Source: Planctomycetota bacterium
GTDB lineage: Bacteria; Planctomycetota; Planctomycetia; JALXBF01
Direction of reading: 5' to 3'
DNA: 41,096 bases
NCBI GenBank assembly: GCA_026991575.1
Contig: JALXBF010000158.1
Span: 1 to 41,096, forward strand
Below are positions 9,090 through 16,537 of this stretch, in pieces. Each line of letters begins with the position of its first letter. Positions within the stretch are counted from its first letter, which is position 1. The translations under genes and the position numbers were made by a program. Below the pieces are notes generated by a model. The model was not told the DNA's origin. It made no database searches and saw nothing but the letters and a program-made list of their open reading frames with translations.

Positions 9090-9573
9090 AGCCGCTCTCT
9101 GCTGTTTTTCTGCCCTACAGGTTGCTGAAGTCCACTTTCGACCCTTCTCTGGCCAAAGCGTAGATCCGTGTGAGCGGTCGGCCGGCGCAGCCAACAGTCC
9201 GGTCGGACGCCCGTGCCAGCACGTCTTGGCCCGCCGGGCCCAGGCTCAGCTCGATCCGCTGCCTGGCCTAGAACGTCATCCGCTCCTTTCTCTCACGTTC
9301 CCCGCCTGAGGGCCCCAGGCGACGCCGTCCACCCTTCCCCCCGGCTCGCCGCATCTCGGACTGCTGCGGCCGCTTGCACACGCTGCCGACAACAGACTCA
9401 ATTGCCGGCCGCATGGACGGCTCGTGGGACCCGGTCGCGGCCGATCCCAGCGTGTCGCCGATCGGCCGTGACGGATCTTCTGGCCCCCCCTTGGGGAACG
9501 GTACGGAGGACCGGTGGCCCTCGGGGGGACGGCGTCCGGTTAGCGCAAATCGGGATGAAAATGTGCCGGGTTT

Positions 9574-9601
9574 TTGATACAAAAGGGGCAAGGGATATCA
9601 T
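9574..9601 (+). promoter_or_regulatory. Putative sigma70-type promoter for the Gfo/Idh/MocA gene
   Basis: TTGATA-N16-TATCAT in an AT-rich patch, 32 bp upstream of ATG 9634 (SD GGAGG). Confidence 0.55.
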
Positions 9602-9633
9602 TGGTGTAACCGTGCGTTTGTGGAGGAACGGCC

Positions 9634-10941
9634 ATGAGTGCGATGGGACGGCGTGATTTCCTGCGTGCCGCTGCCGGTAGTGCGGCACTGTTGAGCCTGA
9701 AGCCGGCACGTCGTGTGCTTGGCGCCAATGACGTAATCCGTGTCGGTGTTGTCGGCATCAACGGCCGTGGCGTCGCTCACATCCACGGGTTTCACAATCT
9801 CGACGGCGTCGAAGTGGTTGCGTTGTGCGATTGCGACGAGGCGGTGCTGAACCGCCGGGCTGACGCCTTCGACAAGGCGACCGGCCGAAAGGTCAAGCGC
9901 TACGTCGACCTGCGCAAGATGTTCGAGGACAAGGAAATCGACGTCGTCACCTTCGCCACGCCCAATCACTGGCACGCGCTCGGTGCCATCTGGGCAATGC
10001 AAGCAGGCAAGGACACCTACGTGGAGAAGCCCTGTTCGCACAACGTGTGGGAGGGGCGCCAGCTGGTTCGCTGGGCCCGCAAGCTGGGGCGCATCTGCGG
10101 TCATGGCACGCAGTCTCGCTCGGCTGCGGGCGTGCGGGAAGGGATCGAGAAGCTGCGTGAGGGAGTGATCGGTGAGGTGTACATGGCCAAGGGGCTCTGC
10201 TACAAGTGGCGGCCATCGATTGGCAAGGTCGATGGGCCGCAGCAGCCCCCTGCCAGTGTGCACTACGACCTCTGGCTCGGGCCTGCGCCAAAGAAGCTGC
10301 CGCACCGCAAGCGGTTCCACTACGACTGGCACTGGTTCTGGGACTATGGCAACGGCGACATCGGCAACCAGGGCGTGCATCAGATGGACATCGCCCGTTG
10401 GGGGTTGGGCGTTGGGTTGCCGAAGAAGGTCGAGTCGATGGGCGGCAAGTTCCTCTTTGATGACGACAAGGAAACCCCCAACACCCAGGTTGCTCTTTAC
10501 TGGTATCCTGACGAGAACAAGCTGCTGCAGTTTGAGGTGCGGCACTGGATCACGAACCACGAGGCCGGCGCCGGCAAGGGGGCAAGCAACGAGATCGCCG
10601 TGCTTTTCTTCGGCAGCGAAGGGTACATGGTGATTGCCGGCTCCGGCTACAAGACTTTCTTGGGTCGCAAGCGCGAGCCGGGGCCATCGGGTGGCGGTGG
10701 TGGCAACCACTTCGCCAACTTCATCGAAGCAGTCCGGTCCCGTAATCCGGAGCTCCTGACCGCCGAGATCGAAGAGGGCCATCTCAGCTCGGCTCTCTGC
10801 CACCTGGGTAACGTGGCTTACCGGCTCGGTCGCGCCATCGAATTCGACCCGGAGACCGAGACCTGCCCGGGCGACGAGGAGGCCAACCGGCTGCTGACCC
10901 GCGAGTATCGCAAGCCTTACGTCGTCGAACCCTGCGCATGA
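9634..10941 (+). CDS. Tat-exported Gfo/Idh/MocA family oxidoreductase
   Basis: Tat motif GRRDFL, IRVGVVGINGRG, ATPNHWHA, GKDTYVEKP, YDLWLGPAP and GDIGNQGVHQMDIARW. Confidence 0.92.
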   Translation: MSAMGRRDFLRAAAGSAALLSLKPARRVLGANDVIRVGVVGINGRGVAHIHGFHNLDGVEVVALCDCDEAVLNRRADAFDKATGRKVKRYVDLRKMFEDKEIDVVTFATPNHWHALGAIWAMQAGKDTYVEKPCSHNVWEGRQLVRWARKLGRICGHGTQSRSAAGVREGIEKLREGVIGEVYMAKGLCYKWRPSIGKVDGPQQPPASVHYDLWLGPAPKKLPHRKRFHYDWHWFWDYGNGDIGNQGVHQMDIARWGLGVGLPKKVESMGGKFLFDDDKETPNTQVALYWYPDENKLLQFEVRHWITNHEAGAGKGASNEIAVLFFGSEGYMVIAGSGYKTFLGRKREPGPSGGGGGNHFANFIEAVRSRNPELLTAEIEEGHLSSALCHLGNVAYRLGRAIEFDPETETCPGDEEANRLLTREYRKPYVVEPCA

Positions 10942-10958
10942 TCTCATGCAGACCGGAC

Positions 10959-10998
10959 GCGGCGGCGGGCGGTATCTGCTGGAGCCGCCCGCCGTCGC
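10959..10998 (+). terminator. Intergenic GC-rich hairpin (terminator or mRNA stabiliser)
   Basis: GCGGCGGCGGGCGG-N12-CCGCCCGCCGTCGC is a 14-bp stem with one G-U pair. The U-tail is weak. Confidence 0.45.
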
Positions 10999-11038
10999 GC
11001 TTCTGCGCCGCCGACCAAGCATCAGCGGAGGATCCACC

Positions 11039-11773
11039 ATGCCCGGTGTGCTTGTGACGTGCTTGCTGACTGCCCTGCTCGTCCCGGCCCAGGCACCCAA
11101 ACAAGACCGCGTTCCGGCCGAGGGGGGGCCGATAACGATCACGGCAATCCGGCACGCAACGTTCGTTCTCCAGCACGGCTCAACGACGATTTACGTCGAC
11201 CCTGTCGGTGGCGCCGGCCGGTTCCAAGGGCTGCCTCGGCCTGACATCATCCTGATCACCGACATCCACGGCGATCACGCCAGCCCCGATACTGTCCGTG
11301 CCGTCCGCAAGGAAACCACCGTCATCGTCTGCCCGCTGGCCGTCGCCGAACGCCTGAAGGGCATCCCGAATGTCCGGGTCCTGCAGAATCACGAAGAGAC
11401 GGTCGTTGGCAAGGTGAAGATCCGAGCCGTCCCCATGTACAACATCACTCCGTCGCGCATGCAGTTTCATCCCAAGGGGCGGGGCAACGGCTACGTGATC
11501 GAGCTTGCAGGCAAGCGGATCTATGTCTCTGGTGACACAGAGGACATCGAAGAAATGCGCAGCCTGCGGCAAATCGATATCGCGTTCGTGTGCATGAACC
11601 TGCCCTTCACGATGACCGTCGAGGCTGCGGCGGACGCGGTGCTGGCATTCAAACCGAAGATTGTCTACCCCTACCACTACCGTGGCCGTGGTGGCATGAG
11701 CGATATCGGGAAGTTCAAGCGGATCGTGGCGCGCGATCCATCCATCGAGGTCCGGTTCCTGGCCTGGTACTAG
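11039..11773 (+). CDS. Exported MBL-fold metallo-hydrolase
   Basis: Signal peptide, IYVDP, ITDIHGDH, FHPKGRGNGY, YVSGDTED, MNLPFTM and YPYHY. Start at ATG 11039 after GGAGG. Confidence 0.88.
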   Translation: MPGVLVTCLLTALLVPAQAPKQDRVPAEGGPITITAIRHATFVLQHGSTTIYVDPVGGAGRFQGLPRPDIILITDIHGDHASPDTVRAVRKETTVIVCPLAVAERLKGIPNVRVLQNHEETVVGKVKIRAVPMYNITPSRMQFHPKGRGNGYVIELAGKRIYVSGDTEDIEEMRSLRQIDIAFVCMNLPFTMTVEAAADAVLAFKPKIVYPYHYRGRGGMSDIGKFKRIVARDPSIEVRFLAWY

Positions 11774-11854
11774 GGAAGCAGATCACTGCGGTCCCAGCCT
11801 GGGCCCGGAGCGCACCTGCCTGAGGCGTTATCGAAGCATTGCCCCATCCTGTCT

Positions 11855-14398
11855 GTGCGGAGCGCCCGCTTCATGCTTGCTACCTGCTCGCTCATCGTCA
11901 GCACAGTCCTTCTCGGTGTGGACACGCCGGTCGGACCTGTAGGTCCGTCGATGATGCCGGTTGGCCGGCCCGTCCGATGGGCTTTTGCAAAGGGGGGTCA
12001 TGGCTTCCGGCCGATAGCTGACTGTTCGTTGACCCTCTCCAGGGACGGTCTCGTTGTGCGCACGACGGGTGTGGATCCGAGGTTCCGGTCGCCGCGGATC
12101 GACCCACCGCTGGCAGGACCGGTTCGCGTGCGGCTGAGGCTGCGAACACGCACGCAGCGACACCTGCAACTGTTCTGGGCATCGGTTCGGGAGCCGAGAT
12201 GGCGGCCGAAGCAGTCCGCCGCAACGCGGCTGGTTGCCGATGGCCACTGGCACACGTACGAGCTGCTGCTTGATACGGCCGAGCGGATCGTGGCGCTGCG
12301 CATCGATCCCGGGTCTGGTACCGGTCAGGTAACAATCAGTTGGTTGGAGCTTCAGCCTGTGCGGCCTGCGCCGCTGGAGCTGGTTCAGTTGCGCAGCGAG
12401 CGTGGGGTCATCCGCTGTACCCTGCGGAACGTGACGGACAAACCGATCACGGCCTGCGTGGGGGAGCACAGCGTTTCGATCCCCAGAGGGAAGACCGGCT
12501 CGTTGGCAGTGTCCGTTCCGGTAAAGGGGTATCTGACCCCGTACCATCTGCGCGTCCGCGCCGAGGGGAAAGTGGTCTTACAGCGGCACGTGTTCGTACT
12601 GAACCCGGGTGTCGACACGTCTTGGCTGGAGGTAGCCCGGGGGGCTAGCGTGGTCCGGTTCGCGCCGACAGATGGCGTGATTGAACTGCGGCACGGAAAC
12701 CGGACCGTGGCACTGATCGCGCCTCTGGCGCACCGCCGAGGCCGACCGCTTCGTGTGTCGGTCCATCCGGCTGAGCACGGTTGGCGCCTCAGTGGCGAGC
12801 TAACGGGCATGCTGCAGTTGCTGCGGCCTGGCGAGCTGGAGGTACAGCTGCGCGGCGGGGAACCGTTCGAGGGGCCCGTGGTTCGGCCGCTTGGTACGGT
12901 TGAGCAGGCCCTGCTGGCCGGGGTCGAGTACCTGGGCCGAGGCGAACGGTCGTCGAGCCGGCTGGATATTGAAGGGCCCGAGCACCTGCGCTATCGGCCT
13001 GATGTGCACGATATTACCTGGCCCCTGGCTGTCGTGTGCACGAACGTCGGCTCTACGGCCGTCTTGTGGCAGCGGCCCCAGACGACCCAACCGATCTTTT
13101 CGGTGCCCAATGTGCTCGATGGTCCACGGGGCCATCGGATCGGACTGGAAACGACGCAGCTGCGTGCGACGGTGCGGTTCGGGGAACCGGCCCGGCTGGA
13201 GCGGCTGATCCTCTGGGCCGTACGGCGGCACGGTCTCCCAGCCCTGCCCCCCAAGCGCAGCCTGGCGGACCACCGGGCGCTCTGTCTGAAGGCGTTTCAT
13301 GGGCCGCTGTGGGATGGCCAGGGCTGGGGACACTGTGCCGAGCCGCGCTGGCCCCGTCAGCCGTACGCCGATTTGGCATCCAGCGTTTACTGGCTCCAAG
13401 GGAAACCGCCCGTGTTATCGAGGCTTGTTCCCGGCGGCGGTCATCTGGCAGACCCGACCATCTACTTTGTGACCGGTCGGGCGCGAGAATGGCTCAGGCA
13501 CGTGCGTGCACGAGGGGCCGCAGCATTGAAGCGGCAGCGCGCGGACGGATCGTTCCGCTACAGCGGCCCGATGGCCCGGGGCCATTTTGAGGACACGGCC
13601 AGCGGGTACTGCGCCCGCTTTGCGGTGAATCTGCTCGAGGCCGCCTACTACACGGGCGATCGCCGCACGCTGCGCGCCGGACTGCGGGCACTGGAGTACA
13701 TGAAACGCTTTCGCACGCCCCGAGGGGCACAGACTTGGGAGGTTCCGCTGCATACACCGGACACCCTCGCGTCGGCTCTGCTGGTCAAGGCCTACGTGCT
13801 GGGCTATGAGCTCAGCGGCGACGAGCAGTACCGGGAGCTCGCCGTACGCTGGGCCTTGACCGGCCTACCGTTCGTGTACCTCTGGACCGATCGACCGATC
13901 ATGGCCTACGCCACCATTGCGGTCTTCGGCGCCACGCGCTGGAAGCAGCCCGTGTGGATAGGTCGTCCTGTTCAGTGGTGCGGCCTGGTCTATGCCGATG
14001 CGGTGCGGATGCTGGCAGCACACGATCGCACGGTGAACTGGTTGAAACTAGCCGAGGGCATCCTGCGATGTGCCGAGCAGATGCAGTACACCGATGGGCC
14101 GTACGTGGGGTGCTTACCGGACAGTCTCATCGTGGCCACTCAGGAACGTTTTGGGCCGTCGATCAACCCGTCGGCGATCGTAGCGCTGCGCCGTAGGCTG
14201 GCCGGTGAGCCCGACGGTGCCTATGTCATCCGCACCCGGTTCGGTCCGGTGGTTGCGCCGTTCCCGATGGAACGCGCCGGCGAGGGGCGCATCGTCGTCC
14301 GCTCGCTAGCCGGGGTAGGTTACGAGGTGATCCTGCCGGGGGGAGAGACCAAGCGCATCAGCGGCACGGGCGCAGACGTCGTCACACTGGGGCAGTGA
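11855..14398 (+). CDS. Large secreted hypothetical protein: N-terminal CBM-like beta-sandwich, C-terminal putative (alpha/alpha) barrel
   Basis: 847-aa ORF with a hydrophobic N-terminus, LQLFW..DGHWHTYEL..ALRIDP, and a helical C-half with FRTPRGAQTWEVPLHTPD and IGRPVQWCGLVYA. The start may be 11855 or 11873. Confidence 0.7.
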   Translation: MRSARFMLATCSLIVSTVLLGVDTPVGPVGPSMMPVGRPVRWAFAKGGHGFRPIADCSLTLSRDGLVVRTTGVDPRFRSPRIDPPLAGPVRVRLRLRTRTQRHLQLFWASVREPRWRPKQSAATRLVADGHWHTYELLLDTAERIVALRIDPGSGTGQVTISWLELQPVRPAPLELVQLRSERGVIRCTLRNVTDKPITACVGEHSVSIPRGKTGSLAVSVPVKGYLTPYHLRVRAEGKVVLQRHVFVLNPGVDTSWLEVARGASVVRFAPTDGVIELRHGNRTVALIAPLAHRRGRPLRVSVHPAEHGWRLSGELTGMLQLLRPGELEVQLRGGEPFEGPVVRPLGTVEQALLAGVEYLGRGERSSSRLDIEGPEHLRYRPDVHDITWPLAVVCTNVGSTAVLWQRPQTTQPIFSVPNVLDGPRGHRIGLETTQLRATVRFGEPARLERLILWAVRRHGLPALPPKRSLADHRALCLKAFHGPLWDGQGWGHCAEPRWPRQPYADLASSVYWLQGKPPVLSRLVPGGGHLADPTIYFVTGRAREWLRHVRARGAAALKRQRADGSFRYSGPMARGHFEDTASGYCARFAVNLLEAAYYTGDRRTLRAGLRALEYMKRFRTPRGAQTWEVPLHTPDTLASALLVKAYVLGYELSGDEQYRELAVRWALTGLPFVYLWTDRPIMAYATIAVFGATRWKQPVWIGRPVQWCGLVYADAVRMLAAHDRTVNWLKLAEGILRCAEQMQYTDGPYVGCLPDSLIVATQERFGPSINPSAIVALRRRLAGEPDGAYVIRTRFGPVVAPFPMERAGEGRIVVRSLAGVGYEVILPGGETKRISGTGADVVTLGQ

Positions 14399-14452
14399 CG
14401 GCAAGGCGACTTGGCCGCCGCTGCCCGCTGCCGTCGGCGGCCCGATCCGAGA

Positions 14453-15553
14453 TCAGAACAGTTCCTGTTCCTCTGCTGCGTTCGCGCTGAGTGCCAGCGG
14501 GCCTTCCGGCAGGACGTCACCAGGGGCCAGCGAGATGTCGTCCCAGGCCAGTGAGGCGCCTAGGCGGTTGGCTCGGTTGGCGTAGATGCTATCGCGCGAC
14601 GCGAGTGCTTCAGGCGTAACCAGGAAGCCGACGTGCAAGTCGGCGTAAAGGGCATTCTGACCCTGGCCGCCATGGTTGTGGGAATTGGCGGTGGGCAGCC
14701 AGGCACCGGTCAGGTCCATCGGCGGCCGGTCTGCCACCAACACCTGGGCCGATGCGGCCTTCAACGTTGGCCCGTAGTAGGTGCCGTCGACCAAGTACCC
14801 GGTGGAGAACGCATAGCTGCCTGCCGCTGCCCGCAGCAGTTTGCGGAGCTTCTCACCGTCGGCACTGGCCCTGGCGGTGCGCAGTTGGTCTGTCGTCACG
14901 GCCAGAGGGGGGCCGGAGTCGCGATCACCCGGGCAGTACAGCGCCAGGCGGTCGCCAAGATAGCCGTGTTCAATCAGTGCCACCGGCTGGATGGCCGCCG
15001 GTGCTCCGAGGCCGCCGGACCAGGTCGTCTGGGGCAGCGCGCCGTTGAACTGATCGGCGTACACGGCCAGCGCAAGGCCGACCTGGCGCAGGTTCTCGCG
15101 GCAAGCCGCCTGCCGGTAGTACTCCCGCACGCGGGTGATGGCCGGAAACAGCAGCGCGCTAACAACGAATGCCAGGACGAGGGCGACGGCCAGATCGAGC
15201 AAGCGAAACCGGGTATGTGTCAGGCGGGATCGGGTGGCGAACGAGGGCGAGTAGGGGAAAGCACACCGATCGGCCGCGTCCCGCATGTACACCGTCGCGA
15301 TCGTGCGATGAAGCAGGCGCTCCGGAGGCGGCACCTCCGGATCGGCCTCGAAGAGACTCATGATCTGCAGAGTGCGGTCGAGCGACGCCAGCAACTCCGG
15401 GTTGCTCGCGACCGCTTCACGCACCCGCTTGGCCTCCTTTTCCGGAAGCCAACCGGCGGCGTACGCGGTAATGTCCTCCTCGGTTACCGGCTGAGCTGCT
15501 GGCGCGGGCCGCTGGTTGCCGGGGTCATTCGCAGGCTTCTTCCAGTTGGTCAT
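14453..15553 (-). CDS. Putative anti-sigma factor fused to a DUF1559 prepilin-like domain
   Basis: N-terminal EDITAYAAGWLPEKEAKRVREAV..PPPERLLHRTI (anti-sigma helical bundle), then FRLLDLAVALVLAFVVSALLFPAITRVRE..AACRENLRQVGLALAVY and C-terminal SHNHGGQGQNALYADLHV (H-X9/10-DG-like). Overlaps the ECF stop by 29 bp. Confidence 0.75.
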   Translation of the reverse strand: MTNWKKPANDPGNQRPAPAAQPVTEEDITAYAAGWLPEKEAKRVREAVASNPELLASLDRTLQIMSLFEADPEVPPPERLLHRTIATVYMRDAADRCAFPYSPSFATRSRLTHTRFRLLDLAVALVLAFVVSALLFPAITRVREYYRQAACRENLRQVGLALAVYADQFNGALPQTTWSGGLGAPAAIQPVALIEHGYLGDRLALYCPGDRDSGPPLAVTTDQLRTARASADGEKLRKLLRAAAGSYAFSTGYLVDGTYYGPTLKAASAQVLVADRPPMDLTGAWLPTANSHNHGGQGQNALYADLHVGFLVTPEALASRDSIYANRANRLGASLAWDDISLAPGDVLPEGPLALSANAAEEQELF

Positions 15554-16205
15554 CGCCTGACCGCTCCTCAGCAGCCTGGATCTCTTCGGACGCGCCGTGT
15601 TCGGCTTGCCACATCTGCCCCAGGCGCTGGACGGCCGCGTGCAGGCGGGACTTGACCGTCCCCACCGGGATATTCAGTGCCTCGGCAATCTCGCGCTGCT
15701 TCAGCCCCTGGTGATACGCCATGATGACCACGGCACGCAGATGGCCGGGCAGCCGCTGCACGGCAGCGCGCAGCCAGAGGCGTCGCTCTTCCTGGTAGAG
15801 GTTCCCCAGCGGGTCGGTCGGTTCCGCGACCAGCGAAGCAGCAAACGAGGTGGCGTTTCCGTCGCCATCCTTGATGTCTGCATCCAGGCTGGCCGCGTTG
15901 TGCCGCTTCTGACGCCTTAGCAGATCGATCGCCTGGTTGGTGGCGATCGTGTACAGCCATGGTCGCAGCGGGCGTCCTTCCTGGTAGAGGTGCTTCTTCA
16001 CGTGCAATTGCAGGAATGTTTGCTGGAAGGCATCCTCCGCCAGGACCGGATCGCCGATGTAGCGTCTCAGGTAGTTGTATAGCTCGCAGCCGAAGCGTGC
16101 GACCAGTTCGTCGAAGGCGGCTCGTTGACCGTCACGATACGCCAGGAACAACGCCTCGTCGCTGAGCGACGCGAACCGTTGCCGATCTTCGCCTGGGTGC
16201 GCCAT
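15525..16205 (-). CDS. ECF RNA polymerase sigma factor
   Basis: LSDEALF, AFDELVARF, LAEDAFQQTF, PWLYTIATNQAIDLLR (region 2) and EIAEALNIPVGTVKSRLHAA (region 4). Confidence 0.95.
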   Translation of the reverse strand: MAHPGEDRQRFASLSDEALFLAYRDGQRAAFDELVARFGCELYNYLRRYIGDPVLAEDAFQQTFLQLHVKKHLYQEGRPLRPWLYTIATNQAIDLLRRQKRHNAASLDADIKDGDGNATSFAASLVAEPTDPLGNLYQEERRLWLRAAVQRLPGHLRAVVIMAYHQGLKQREIAEALNIPVGTVKSRLHAAVQRLGQMWQAEHGASEEIQAAEERSGDDQLEEACE

Positions 16206-16207
16206 GG

Positions 16208-16236
16208 TATACGCCCTGCCTTGTCGATAAGTTCAA
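16208..16236 (-). promoter_or_regulatory. Putative ECF autoregulatory promoter
   Basis: The minus strand reads TTGAAC-N17-CGTATA, then CC-ATG. This matches the ECF AAC(-35)/CGT(-10) pattern. Confidence 0.55.
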
Positions 16237-16312
16237 CCAGACAACCCTGCCGGATAACGCCTGGCAAGAACCGAAGCCGAATAACCGGAAGACGATAACG
16301 CAATCACTTTAG

Positions 16313-16341
16313 ATTGTCCTCGCTCGGCCACCGCGCGTCAA
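16313..16341 (-). promoter_or_regulatory. Putative sigma70-type promoter for the ECF/anti-sigma pair
   Basis: The minus strand reads TTGACG-N17-GACAAT. Confidence 0.55.
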
Positions 16342-16537
16342 GCGAGTTGCTCGATTGGAGCCCCGGACCTGAGACGGGTTGCGCGCCGTCAGCGCGGCGG
16401 CCGTCGATCCGCGTCGGAACGTCCTGATGGCGGAACATAGAGCTTCCCAAGCCCAGCGCCGGACGGCGTGGGGCGTGTGAAGTGATGCCAATCTTAGGTG
16501 GGGACGGTGGGCGTGCAGTTGGCCGCGGTGCAGCCGC

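Noticed and set aside
8234..9194. ORFs 8234-9055, 8608-8856 and 8628-9194 on the minus strand
   Set aside because: They are antisense shadows of clpS and rnpB. The region is fully explained by RNase P RNA conserved elements.
9598..11142. 514-aa minus-strand ORF (similar cases: 19082-20431, 20484-21530, 28326-29342, 29913-31118, 34995-36038, 39493-40779)
   Set aside because: All lie opposite well-supported genes, with shadow-frame composition and no family signatures.
11255..11285. MBL motif DIHGDH instead of HxHxDH as a sign of inactivation
   Set aside because: The other metal ligands are intact, and I recall this Asp variant in the same subfamily. It is not good evidence of a pseudo-enzyme.
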